Virus record (IMG/VR): IMGVR_UViG_3300010370_000002
DNA from: a virus
Reading direction: 5' to 3' (one strand)
DNA: 44,137 nt
Shown: piece after piece, positions 18,645 through 26,793 of the stretch
Numbering within the stretch: position 1 is the first letter of the stretch
How the letters are laid out: each line of letters begins with the position of its first letter
Notes under the pieces: model-generated
What the model saw: only the letters and a program-made list of their open reading frames with translations
Told to the model about the DNA's origin: nothing
Databases searched by the model: none
Program-made: the position numbers and the translations under genes

Positions 18645-18806
18645 ATGTCAACACTAGAATTTAAAAAAGGGCAATTAGTAATGCTTGCCAAAAATAATGA
18701 ATTTATTGGTTTTGTGGTTTTTTCTCACTACGAAAAAAAACACAAAAACGGCAAATATTGGTTCGATATTGACGGAAATAAATATTCAATTAACGATTTT
18801 GCATAA
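18645..18806 (+). CDS. Hypothetical small protein (53 aa, below the track cutoff)
   Basis: Hand translation: MSTLEFKKGQLVMLAKNNEFIGFVVFSHYEKKHKNGKYWFDIDGNKYSINDFA. Fills an otherwise empty gap; ATTAATTTAAAA leader. Confidence 0.4.
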   Translation: MSTLEFKKGQLVMLAKNNEFIGFVVFSHYEKKHKNGKYWFDIDGNKYSINDFA

Positions 18807-18825
18807 TAACAATTAATTTTAAACT

Positions 18826-19152
18826 ATGAAAAACGAAAAAAAAGAAAATATAGAGCTAATAATTTCACAAGAAATTTTTAAGCGAGAAATTGAAAGCATT
18901 GAAAAAATATTTGCCGATAAAGGCACGCTTAAAAATAATTTAAAATATCACAACGAGGCAATAAACGCAACATTAAAATCATTTTTTGATTTCGCTAATC
19001 AAGTTTTGCAAAAATGTATTGATGATAGTTTAAAAACTTATTTTGAGGTCCCTAGATTCTTAAAAATGAATTTAGAAAATTTTGTTGAAAGCTTTAATCA
19101 CAATTTACAGATTTTAAACGTTGCCGGACGATTAGTTAAATTTATGGATTAA
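18826..19152 (+). CDS. Hypothetical early protein
   Basis: 108-aa ORF. Confidence 0.5.
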   Translation: MKNEKKENIELIISQEIFKREIESIEKIFADKGTLKNNLKYHNEAINATLKSFFDFANQVLQKCIDDSLKTYFEVPRFLKMNLENFVESFNHNLQILNVAGRLVKFMD

Positions 19153-19194
19153 CTTTAAAGGCAAAATTTATTAATAACTTTAATTTAAATCTAT

Positions 19195-19380
19195 ATGAAT
19201 AAAAATAAAATAACTTACAGCGAAAAAAATAAATATGGGGCATGGATAATCCATTTTATCGTTAAAAACACTGAAAAACCCCACCTATTAAACCAAGAAA
19301 TAAAACGCCAATTCATGGGATACACGAAAAAAGACGCCCTAGAATTAGCAAAAAACGAATTGGTAACGGCTATTTACTAA
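19195..19380 (+). CDS. Hypothetical early protein
   Basis: 61-aa ORF. Confidence 0.45.
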   Translation: MNKNKITYSEKNKYGAWIIHFIVKNTEKPHLLNQEIKRQFMGYTKKDALELAKNELVTAIY

Positions 19381-19528
19381 CAACTTTAATTTAAAACTTA
19401 TGCAAGATTTACTTCAAAAAAGACCTCAAAATTGCACTACCTTTTTAAACCTGAAAAGGAGCAACCCAATAAATAAACTAATTTTTTGGGTCAAAAATAT
19501 TATTAACTAACTAATAACGGGGGCAATT

Positions 19529-20539
19529 ATGAACAAATTAATCGATATACAAATTTCAAACAACGAGCTTATTTTAAAATTTGATAACGGCGGTTATATT
19601 AAGGTGAATAATCTAGACTGCTTCAAAATAAGCGTTGGTGAATGCTCAAAAAAATTGAATTATTTTAAATTTTTTCAGACTTCTTTTTACGAAACCGACA
19701 CGTTTAATGACGATGTTAAATGGCTACTCGAAAAAAAACTGTTAGATTCTTTCGAAAAGGAATTAATGACAAAGGCAGAATATTCAAATATGGTGTTAGC
19801 TAAATTGAAGGGTGAGTTATTCACTTATGACTCACCCTATTATAATGACTCTTGGGACCCATACGAAAACCCTTACACTTACGATCATCAGTGTTTAATT
19901 TGTAGTAATGGAAAGGCAATTTTATTAGATTTATTAGTCGACTGGTGGTACGATAGCCCTTTTGACATGTTACAACGTGCATTAAAGATAATAAACGAGA
20001 ATTTCGAAGTCTATAATATTATTGAAAATCTTGAAAATTATGAAAATGTAAAACTTGAGTTGAAAGATGTTTTTATAGAGTTTCGCGAAATTTATGAGGA
20101 ACAACAGGCGAAAGAAAGAGATTTACAGCTGAAATCAGAAAAAAATCAAAAGTATATTCATATTTTAACGAACCAAGAGTTATTTTACAATAATCTTAAA
20201 AAAGAAGTTACGGCCAATGATTATGATTTGATTTTGTCGTATACCAATTACAATTTTGATTATTTAATTAATAACGAACTTGCAAAACCATCAAAAAAAC
20301 TAAGAGACTGCGTATACAAGTATCTTGATAGGCACATCACAGCTCTTTTAAGGTCAAAGGGTTTTGATTTATCGCTTTATGAAATTTTGTTTACAAATTT
20401 TAAAATAAGAAAATGTAAAAAATTATTGCTAAAATTTGATGCGGAACAAATTGGACCGGACCACGATAAATCTTGGCAAATTTCTAACTTTTCTTTTTCA
20501 ACAACTAACAACGGGGGCAATTATGAAAGAACTAACTAA
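19529..20539 (+). CDS. Hypothetical protein
   Basis: 336-aa ORF preceded by AACGGGGGCAATTATG (SD-like GGGGG). Confidence 0.6.
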   Translation: MNKLIDIQISNNELILKFDNGGYIKVNNLDCFKISVGECSKKLNYFKFFQTSFYETDTFNDDVKWLLEKKLLDSFEKELMTKAEYSNMVLAKLKGELFTYDSPYYNDSWDPYENPYTYDHQCLICSNGKAILLDLLVDWWYDSPFDMLQRALKIINENFEVYNIIENLENYENVKLELKDVFIEFREIYEEQQAKERDLQLKSEKNQKYIHILTNQELFYNNLKKEVTANDYDLILSYTNYNFDYLINNELAKPSKKLRDCVYKYLDRHITALLRSKGFDLSLYEILFTNFKIRKCKKLLLKFDAEQIGPDHDKSWQISNFSFSTTNNGGNYERTN

Positions 20540-20681
20540 AAAAGAAAAACATGTTTTGGCTAATAAAAAATATCGCGCAAAGAAACAAAAAGAAATAAAT
20601 AAAATTATTGTATTGAATAAACTTTACTTATTGATTATAATTCTTTTATCCTGTTTATTAATTATAAACAAAATTTATTAA
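20523..20681 (+). CDS. Small membrane-anchored protein (52 aa)
   Basis: I prefer the ATG at 20523, preceded by the same AACGGGGGCAATT string as 19529. Basic N-terminus followed by the hydrophobic segment LYLLIIILLSCLLII. Confidence 0.45.
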   Translation: MKELTKKEKHVLANKKYRAKKQKEINKIIVLNKLYLLIIILLSCLLIINKIY

Positions 20682-20700
20682 AAATTAAAAAGGAGAAAAA

Positions 20701-20949
20701 ATGAATTTATTTGAAATAATGGGAAATGTGGTAAAAAACCACAACGAAAATGCTGATAACATAACAAAAAGATATGTTGAAGCTCATCAAGTTAATATCA
20801 TTGAAAAGATTGATATTATTAGCGTTGCTTATCCAGAAGTGGCTAGGCACTTAGAGCGCTTAAATAATTCTAATAACGAGCAAGATCAAAACACAGCGCA
20901 AGATATTGCGAATTGTATTTGTGAATTACTTAACAATAAGGGGGAGTAA
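20701..20949 (+). CDS. Hypothetical protein
   Basis: 82 aa, AAAGGAG SD upstream. Confidence 0.55.
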   Translation: MNLFEIMGNVVKNHNENADNITKRYVEAHQVNIIEKIDIISVAYPEVARHLERLNNSNNEQDQNTAQDIANCICELLNNKGE

Positions 20950-21234
20950 ATGTATTTTAAAAATTATAAATCCGGAAAACTTTATCTTTTTAATTTTTAT
21001 AATAATAAAAGAGAAGACCTTTTAGAAGAATTAAAAAAGGTAAACAAAGAATTGTTTGAGGTGCAGGCTTTTTTAAAAAGTTATGAGGATGTTGAATCCT
21101 CAATTAAAAACGATAAAGAAGTTTTTAACGAATTACAAAAAAAAATGTACCTCGAACAACTTGAAAATTTACAGAGTCATCACGATTTTGTGAATTTTCA
21201 AAAAACAATCAAAGAATTATTAACATTAAAATAA
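20950..21234 (+). CDS. Hypothetical protein (coiled coil)
   Basis: 94 aa, GGGGGAG SD upstream. Confidence 0.55.
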   Translation: MYFKNYKSGKLYLFNFYNNKREDLLEELKKVNKELFEVQAFLKSYEDVESSIKNDKEVFNELQKKMYLEQLENLQSHHDFVNFQKTIKELLTLK

Positions 21235-21243
21235 ATAAAAACC

Positions 21244-21459
21244 ATGACAAAATATATTAAAAAAAACAATGACGGAACTTACGATAAAACAATAATCAAT
21301 TTTTTTATCAAAGAAAAATCAATTGCCAAAACAGTGTTTAAAATGAACCATGACCACGGCGTAATAATTTCAAGGGCTGAAATAATCAACCTTTTGAAAA
21401 ATACTGATAACGGACATTTAATCAAAACAAGAACAAATAAGAAAAAAAATGACCAATAA
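21244..21459 (+). CDS. Hypothetical protein
   Basis: 71-aa ORF. Confidence 0.5.
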   Translation: MTKYIKKNNDGTYDKTIINFFIKEKSIAKTVFKMNHDHGVIISRAEIINLLKNTDNGHLIKTRTNKKKNDQ

Positions 21460-21736
21460 CTTAAAAAAAATAATAAAAGCTTATTTAACGGTTATTTTTA
21501 TAGCCTTAGCGAGTTATTGCTGGCAAGGATATAAAAATAACTGCATGTCAAATAATAACGAGCTAATAGTTTTAGAAACTCAATTATTTGAGGCTAAAAG
21601 TATAATCGAGGATTTAAAAAGCCAGTTAGCTAATAACGAGCTGGCTTTAAAACAAGCGCACAATCAAATAATGAGCTTTAAAAGCAAATGTAGAGATTGT
21701 CAATTTTTAACTCAAAACCAAAACTGGGGGGAATAA
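21449..21736 (+). CDS. Hypothetical membrane-anchored coiled-coil protein
   Basis: 95 aa, N-terminal hydrophobic segment AYLTVIFIALASYCW. Confidence 0.5.
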   Translation: MTNNLKKIIKAYLTVIFIALASYCWQGYKNNCMSNNNELIVLETQLFEAKSIIEDLKSQLANNELALKQAHNQIMSFKSKCRDCQFLTQNQNWGE

Positions 21737-22170
21737 TGACTAAAATTTATAACACAAAACAAGAATTAATGTTTGAAGATGAGAGTTTGTCCTTAAAGGA
21801 GCTCGTAGAAAAGAATAAAAGCAATTTAAAATATGCGGATTTAAGGTTTGCGGATTTAGGGTTTGCGGATTTAAGGTTTGCGAATTTAAACGAGGCAAAT
21901 TTAGAGGGTGCGGATTTAGAGGGTGCGGATTTAAGGTTTGCAAATTTAGAGGGTGCGGATTTAGAGGGTGCGGATTTAAGGGATGCAGATTTAAGGGATG
22001 CGAGTTTAAGGGGTGCGGATTTATGGGGTGCAAATTTAAAAAAGGCGAATTTAAGTGGTGCGTGTTTATGGGGTGCAAATTTAAACTATGCCAGATACTC
22101 CTCACAAACAGTATATAGTTGTGGTAAAACTGTGGGAGAATTAGTAAAAAACGGAGGGAATAATGACTAA
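21736..22170 (+). CDS. Pentapeptide-repeat protein 1 (about 17 A(D/N)LXX repeats)
   Basis: I prefer the ATG at 21736 after the GGGGGGA SD. Sequence MTKIYNTKQELMF...YADLRFADLGFADLRFANLNEANLEGADLEGADL... Confidence 0.85.
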   Translation: MTKIYNTKQELMFEDESLSLKELVEKNKSNLKYADLRFADLGFADLRFANLNEANLEGADLEGADLRFANLEGADLEGADLRDADLRDASLRGADLWGANLKKANLSGACLWGANLNYARYSSQTVYSCGKTVGELVKNGGNND

Positions 22171-22790
22171 AATTTATAACACAAATAACAAATTAATGTT
22201 TCAAGATGATAATTTGTCTTTAAAGGAGCTAGTAGAAAAGAATAAAAGCAATTTAAATTATGCGAATTTAACCGGAGCAAATTTAACTGGTGCGGATTTA
22301 AATTATGCGAATTTAACCGGAGCAAATTTAACTGGTGCGGATTTAAAGGGTGCGGATTTAACTGGTGCGGATTTAAGGTTTGCGAATTTAACCGGAGCGA
22401 ATTTAAGGTTTGCGAATTTAAGGGGAGCGGATTTAAGTAGAGCGAATTTATTTGAGGCGGATTTAAGGTTTGCGAATTTATTTGAGGCGGATTTAAGGTT
22501 TGCGAATTTAACCGGAGCGAATTTAAGGTTTGCGAATTTAAGTGGAGCGAATTTATTTGAGGCGAATTTAAGGTTTGCGAATTTAAGGTTTGCGAATTTA
22601 ACCGGAGCGAATTTAATGGGAGCGGATTTATTTGAGGCGAATTTAAGTGGAGCGAATTTAATGGGAGCGGATTTAATGGGAGCGGATTTAAGTAGAGCGA
22701 ATTTAAGGGACTCGGATTTAAGGGAAGCGAGGTTATGGTGTGCAAATTTAGAGGGTGCAAATTTAGAGGATGCGGATTTAGAGGGAAGGC
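21833..22790. repeat. Coding tandem repeat with 15-bp periodicity (gcNgatttaNNNNNN), underlying the pentapeptide repeats
   Basis: Read directly, for example gcggatttaaggttt gcgaatttaaccgga repeated many times. Confidence 0.85.
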
Positions 22791-22846
22791 ATGTTAGGTA
22801 CTCCTCACAATTAGTAAAAAACGGAGGGATTAATGAACAAAAATGA
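22163..22846 (+). CDS. Pentapeptide-repeat protein 2 (about 35 A(D/N)LXX repeats), paralogue of the upstream gene
   Basis: 227 aa. The N-terminus MTKIYNTNNKLMFQDDNLSLKELVEKNKSNL is near-identical to protein 1. The start overlaps the upstream stop, with the SD inside the upstream codons. Confidence 0.85.
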   Translation: MTKIYNTNNKLMFQDDNLSLKELVEKNKSNLNYANLTGANLTGADLNYANLTGANLTGADLKGADLTGADLRFANLTGANLRFANLRGADLSRANLFEADLRFANLFEADLRFANLTGANLRFANLSGANLFEANLRFANLRFANLTGANLMGADLFEANLSGANLMGADLMGADLSRANLRDSDLREARLWCANLEGANLEDADLEGRHVRYSSQLVKNGGINEQK

Positions 22847-23003
22847 GAAATTATCGTTATTTTTACTTTGGTTGCTAGTTTTTTCAATCTTATTGGTCGC
22901 AACACAATTCAATTTTGTTAATAAATTACTTTTCGGGGCTTATAGCACGATAAGTTTATTATATATTGCGTTAAAAATAAAAGACTTGACAAAAAGAAAG
23001 TGA
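22833..23003 (+). CDS. Small two-TM membrane protein (56 aa, below the track cutoff), translationally coupled to pentapeptide-repeat protein 2
   Basis: Hand translation: MNKNEKLSLFLLWLLVFSILLVATQFNFVNKLLFGAYSTISLLYIALKIKDLTKRK. Preceded by the same AACGGAGGGATTAATG context as 22163. Confidence 0.5.
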   Translation: MNKNEKLSLFLLWLLVFSILLVATQFNFVNKLLFGAYSTISLLYIALKIKDLTKRK

Positions 23004-23013
23004 TGATTAAAAA
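22986..23013 (+). promoter_or_regulatory. Possible sigma70-type promoter: TTGACA - 16 bp - TAAAAA
   Basis: TTGACA at 22986-22991, weak -10 near 23008. Located in the last codons of the 56-aa ORF, as with the promoters at 27106 and 28946. Confidence 0.35.
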
Positions 23014-23039
23014 TAAATCAAACTTTTTTCATAGGGTTT

Positions 23040-23282
23040 TTTAGTTAAGTTGGGCAAAGGGGGAGTAGTTAACCCCCTTCGCTTTCTTATAGTAAGCTTG
23101 TTTAATAGACCGTTTTACAAGTTTACTATTGGCAAGCGAAAGTTGAGCGCTATTTAATCATTGAATCAATAGACAAAGATGAGTATGCTTGCCAGCACAT
23201 AAACATTTCGGGGGGGGATTGTTTATTATTTATGGTGAGGCTTGCCCCCCGCAACCTCACCGCCACGTTAGGGGAAGCAGAA
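23040..23282 (+). ncRNA. Structured, GC-enriched non-coding leader or small RNA upstream of the replication module
   Basis: Helices seen by hand: AAGGGGG/CCCCCTT (23057-63/23073-79); 13-bp inverted repeat ATAGTAAGCTTGT/ACAAGTTTACTAT (23089-101/23117-129, one mismatch); TGGCAAGC/GCTTGCCA (23130-37/23187-94); G8 (23210-17); GGTGAGG/CCTCACC (23234-40/23255-61) with C6 in its loop. Confidence 0.4.
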
Positions 23283-23483
23283 ATGCAACAAACACAGGAA
23301 ACAGTGATAAGCGAGATTAAGCGACAACAAAATAGACAAATTGCTAGAACTCTTGACGACTTGGCAGATTTAAAATTGCCAAAGCTTGTTGAAGAAAGAA
23401 TTAAGCAGGGATTCTATGACTTTGCGGATAATCTTATAAAATTAATACAGGACACTCAAAATGACAAATCAAACACAAAATAA
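23283..23483 (+). CDS. Hypothetical protein (66 aa)
   Basis: The track ORF starts at 23232 inside the structured region. I prefer the ATG at 23283 after GGGGAAG. Confidence 0.5.
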   Translation: MQQTQETVISEIKRQQNRQIARTLDDLADLKLPKLVEERIKQGFYDFADNLIKLIQDTQNDKSNTK

Positions 23484-24096
23484 ATCTTTTATCTTACATA
23501 AGGATAGTCTCTCGGTTTTGAATAAACTTTCTGACGAAGAAGCTGGGAAACTTTTTAAAGCAATTTTCAACTATCAATCTCAAAATATTTTACCCACAAA
23601 TAATTTAATTTCTATCATTTTTGAGCCCTTTTTAAATCAGTTTAAAAGAGACGAAGAAAAATATCAAAATGTTGTTGAGAGGAATAAAATCAACATTGCA
23701 AAAAGGTGGAATAAACCTAATACCAAAAATACCACTGGTAAAATTGGTATACCAAAAGATACCAAAAATACCGATAGTGATAGTAAGAATAAGAGTGATA
23801 GTGATAGTAAGAGTGATAGTAAGAATGATTTACCAATCTTTATAAATAAAGATTTATTTAATTCTTTTGTTGAGATGCGAGTAAAGATAAAAAAACCACT
23901 TACAGAAAAAGCAAAAGAATTATTGCTAAAAGATTTAACAAAGTTTGAAAATTTAAAAATTGGTAATGCTAACATAGCGCTTGAAAATTCTATTAAGAAT
24001 AGCTGGCAGGGAGTTTTTGAACCAAAACAAAATAACTTTACAAACAATGATACACCTAGTTTTTTAAGTTCATTTCAACACTTGAGGAATAAATAA
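23461..24096 (+). CDS. Replication initiation / helicase-loading protein (DnaD-like replisome organiser)
   Basis: 211 aa. N-terminal LSDEEAGKLFKAIFNY motif, a DSDSK low-complexity linker, and C-terminal FVEMRVKIKKPLTEKAKELLLKDL...SWQGVF resembling a DnaD-type domain. Directly upstream of dnaB. Confidence 0.5.
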   Translation: MTNQTQNKSFILHKDSLSVLNKLSDEEAGKLFKAIFNYQSQNILPTNNLISIIFEPFLNQFKRDEEKYQNVVERNKINIAKRWNKPNTKNTTGKIGIPKDTKNTDSDSKNKSDSDSKSDSKNDLPIFINKDLFNSFVEMRVKIKKPLTEKAKELLLKDLTKFENLKIGNANIALENSIKNSWQGVFEPKQNNFTNNDTPSFLSSFQHLRNK

Positions 24097-24097
24097 T

Positions 24098-25396
24098 ATG
24101 GAACAAGAAAATTTTAATCAAGAGCTAGAAGAAGCTATAATTGGCAATATTCTAGCAAATAACTTTAATTTGTTAAAATCACCAAATTTAGAAGCTAAGC
24201 ATTTTTATTTTAATGATTACAAATTAATATTTGAAGAAATCATTAAAAGAATTGGTGCGGGTGAAGTTGTTGATTTTAGAATTATTACAACATTTCTAAA
24301 AAACAATAGCATTAAAACAAGCATTGTTAAAGATTTAATGAACGCTACTGGTGGAATTTGTGATATGGAGTTTTATTCAAACGAAATTATAAGATTATGG
24401 CAAATAAGAGAGCTAAAGAATATTTTAAATGTTATCATAAACGAAAAAATAAGCGATTTTGATGCTATTAAAACAAAATTAGAGGGAGAGATAGCTGATA
24501 TATCAATAAACATGTCTAAACAGCCTAAAAAGATTGATAAAATTATTGATGATGTTTTATCAGTTCACCAAAAAGAATTGGTATTCACTGGCTTTGAAAA
24601 ATTAGATATTCTTACTGGTGGCTTTGAATTAGGAAATTTAGTAATAGTCGGGGGAAGACCTTCAAGCGGTAAAACTACATTTTGTCTTAACTTTGCTAAA
24701 AATGTTTCTCTAAATCATGGTGTTATGTTTTTTTCAATGGAAGTTTCCGACAAAAGCTTAGCGAGAAAGTTTTTAAATGAAACAACTGGTGTAAGTGCCT
24801 ATCGATTAAAAATTGGGGTAATATCCGAAGGCGACTCAATGGCTTTAGAAAATAACCGCCACACTTGGAAAAATTATAATTTAATAATCGACCAAGAAAA
24901 CGGTTTAACTATTTTGGCTATTAGAAGCAAGATTAAACGAGCAATGCTTAAATCTGATATTAAGATGGTTTGTATTGACTATTTACAACTTATCGCAAGC
25001 TCAAGTAAAGAATTTTCTAGAGAGCAACAAATATCAAGAATTGCGGAAGGCTTAAAGAAGATAGCAAAAGATTTTAATATTGTTGTTGTTGCATTATCGC
25101 AACTATCACGGGCTGGAGACGCAAGAGAAAATAAAAGACCAATCCTAAGCGATTTAAGAGACTCGGGAGCTATAGAACAAAATGCCGATATAGTTATGTT
25201 TACACACAGGGACGAGTATTTTTTAGAGCGTGAAAAAGTTCCTGAACACTCAAAGCATTATGCGGAATGGCTTGAATGTTATAACAATGCAAAAGGCTTA
25301 GCTGATATAATTGTTTCTAAAAATCGTGAAGGCGAATGCGGTGATATTAAATTTAGATTTAATGGTAAACAAAGTCAATTTTCGGAGGTAAAATGA
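24098..25396 (+). CDS. dnaB: Replicative DNA helicase DnaB
   Basis: 432 aa. Walker A GGRPSSGKTTF, Walker B-like MVCIDYLQLI, SQLSRAGD, LRDSGAIEQNADIV. Confidence 0.9.
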   Translation: MEQENFNQELEEAIIGNILANNFNLLKSPNLEAKHFYFNDYKLIFEEIIKRIGAGEVVDFRIITTFLKNNSIKTSIVKDLMNATGGICDMEFYSNEIIRLWQIRELKNILNVIINEKISDFDAIKTKLEGEIADISINMSKQPKKIDKIIDDVLSVHQKELVFTGFEKLDILTGGFELGNLVIVGGRPSSGKTTFCLNFAKNVSLNHGVMFFSMEVSDKSLARKFLNETTGVSAYRLKIGVISEGDSMALENNRHTWKNYNLIIDQENGLTILAIRSKIKRAMLKSDIKMVCIDYLQLIASSSKEFSREQQISRIAEGLKKIAKDFNIVVVALSQLSRAGDARENKRPILSDLRDSGAIEQNADIVMFTHRDEYFLEREKVPEHSKHYAEWLECYNNAKGLADIIVSKNREGECGDIKFRFNGKQSQFSEVK

Positions 25397-25614
25397 TTCA
25401 TATTAAAAACATACTCAATAAAACTATTAATGAAAGTAAAGCAAAATTCTATCATCACAATCGAGATATTTTTATTAAATATTTTGAGAGTATTCAACAA
25501 TATCAGAATTTAATTGAAGCTGGCAATTTCAAGAAAATGAATGATATTATCAAAGAAAAAACCGATTTTACTTTTGATAAAGTGGAAGAGGTTGTTAACA
25601 ACTTAAATAAATAA
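25393..25614 (+). CDS. Hypothetical protein
   Basis: 73 aa, ATGA overlap with dnaB. Confidence 0.5.
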   Translation: MIHIKNILNKTINESKAKFYHHNRDIFIKYFESIQQYQNLIEAGNFKKMNDIIKEKTDFTFDKVEEVVNNLNK

Positions 25615-25617
25615 ACT

Positions 25618-25932
25618 ATGGAAAAAAATATAGAACAAGATTCAATAAAAATAATTCAAAATGGGATTATGGAATGGCAACCGATCGAAACAATTCCCGA
25701 AGGTTACCTTGTTTTTGTTTGGCTAACTCTGAAAAATGATAAATTGTTGGACGAGCGAGGATACTTTTATAGTAGATTCGTTAAATCATGTAAAGACAAA
25801 AATTTTTGTTTTGGTTGGAGTACACTTTATTTAGATAATGTTGAAAAATCTTTATTTGAAAAAGGAGAGTTATATTTTTCACACTGGATGCCACTACCAC
25901 CTAAACCACCAATTATTAACTTAAATAAATAA
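25618..25932 (+). CDS. DUF551-like phage protein
   Basis: 104 aa. WQPIETIPEG ... SHWMPLPPKPP matches the DUF551 pattern. Confidence 0.55.
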   Translation: MEKNIEQDSIKIIQNGIMEWQPIETIPEGYLVFVWLTLKNDKLLDERGYFYSRFVKSCKDKNFCFGWSTLYLDNVEKSLFEKGELYFSHWMPLPPKPPIINLNK

Positions 25933-25935
25933 ACT

Positions 25936-26277
25936 ATGAAAATAACATCTTACGAAATTTCAAAAAAACTAAAAGAAGCGGGGTTTGAGGCTGAAACTGA
26001 TTTTTATTGGTATTGCTATGATAAAGGGCAAGAAATGAGACATATTGCAGATGCTGATGGCAAAGGTAATGTTAAAGCTTACGACCTCGAAACGCTACTT
26101 TATGCTTTGCCTAAAATTAACAAACAAGAATATCTTTTATGTAGTGGTGGAATTGTCTATTTAAATGATGATTATATTTCAGTTGGTAAAGAAAAAAACG
26201 AATCACTCGCAGATACCGCTGCACGCTTATTAATAAAGCTTTATAATGCTGGTTTTGTTAAATTTAAGGAGGAGTAA
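25936..26277 (+). CDS. Hypothetical protein
   Basis: 113-aa ORF. Confidence 0.5.
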   Translation: MKITSYEISKKLKEAGFEAETDFYWYCYDKGQEMRHIADADGKGNVKAYDLETLLYALPKINKQEYLLCSGGIVYLNDDYISVGKEKNESLADTAARLLIKLYNAGFVKFKEE

Positions 26278-26478
26278 GTGGGTAAAGAAGTGAAGTTATT
26301 AGAAAAAGATTATTTGATAAGACAACTCAAAGGAATGATTCTTATCTTAGAAGGAGATCCGATGGAGGGGAGGTATAACTCAGATTATATTGATTGCAAA
26401 TTTGAAAGAATTTTGTCAGGGCAAGGAATAAGATTTCATGCTTTGATTGAGGAACAACTAAACAACAAGGAGGAGTAA
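26278..26478 (+). CDS. Hypothetical protein (GTG start)
   Basis: 66 aa, AAGGAGGAG SD 4 nt upstream of the GTG. Confidence 0.5.
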   Translation: MGKEVKLLEKDYLIRQLKGMILILEGDPMEGRYNSDYIDCKFERILSGQGIRFHALIEEQLNNKEE

Positions 26479-26484
26479 ATAAAT

Positions 26485-26724
26485 ATGAAAAGCAAGCTAA
26501 AAAGATTTACGAGGTATTTTATGGATAAAATTTTAACTCAATGCGAAAAATGCAATGGTAAAGGCGAAATCACCAAAACTAATAAACAGAATTATGGAAT
26601 TTGGGGAATGGGATTTGCTAATTTAGTTGATTATCTAGCATCTGTGAGTTGGAAAGAAACTTGTGATAAATGTGACGGAAACGGCGTTTATTATATCAAT
26701 AAAAACAAAATAAAAAAATATTAA
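26485..26724 (+). CDS. Small zinc-finger protein with two DnaJ-type CxxCxGxG motifs
   Basis: 79 aa. CEKCNGKG and CDKCDGNG; AAGGAGGAG SD upstream. Confidence 0.55.
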   Translation: MKSKLKRFTRYFMDKILTQCEKCNGKGEITKTNKQNYGIWGMGFANLVDYLASVSWKETCDKCDGNGVYYINKNKIKKY

Positions 26725-26793
26725 CATGGAACCAGCAATTATTTTATTAGCTATATTTGTTTTAGCGCAACTTTCAAAATTAAATTGGTAGAT

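Noticed and set aside
21833-22790. Regularly spaced short repeats that could be mistaken for a CRISPR array or non-coding satellite
   Set aside because: The period is 15 bp with no unique spacers. The repeats lie entirely within two long ORFs and encode canonical A(D/N)LXX pentapeptides.
21740-22905. Long antisense ORFs 21740..22105, 22167..22760 and 22303..22905 (PLN/SAP/KFA-type low-complexity translations)
   Set aside because: These are artefacts of the stop-free 15-bp repeat, which is open in several frames. The sense-strand frames have SDs, paralogous non-repeat termini and a known protein family.
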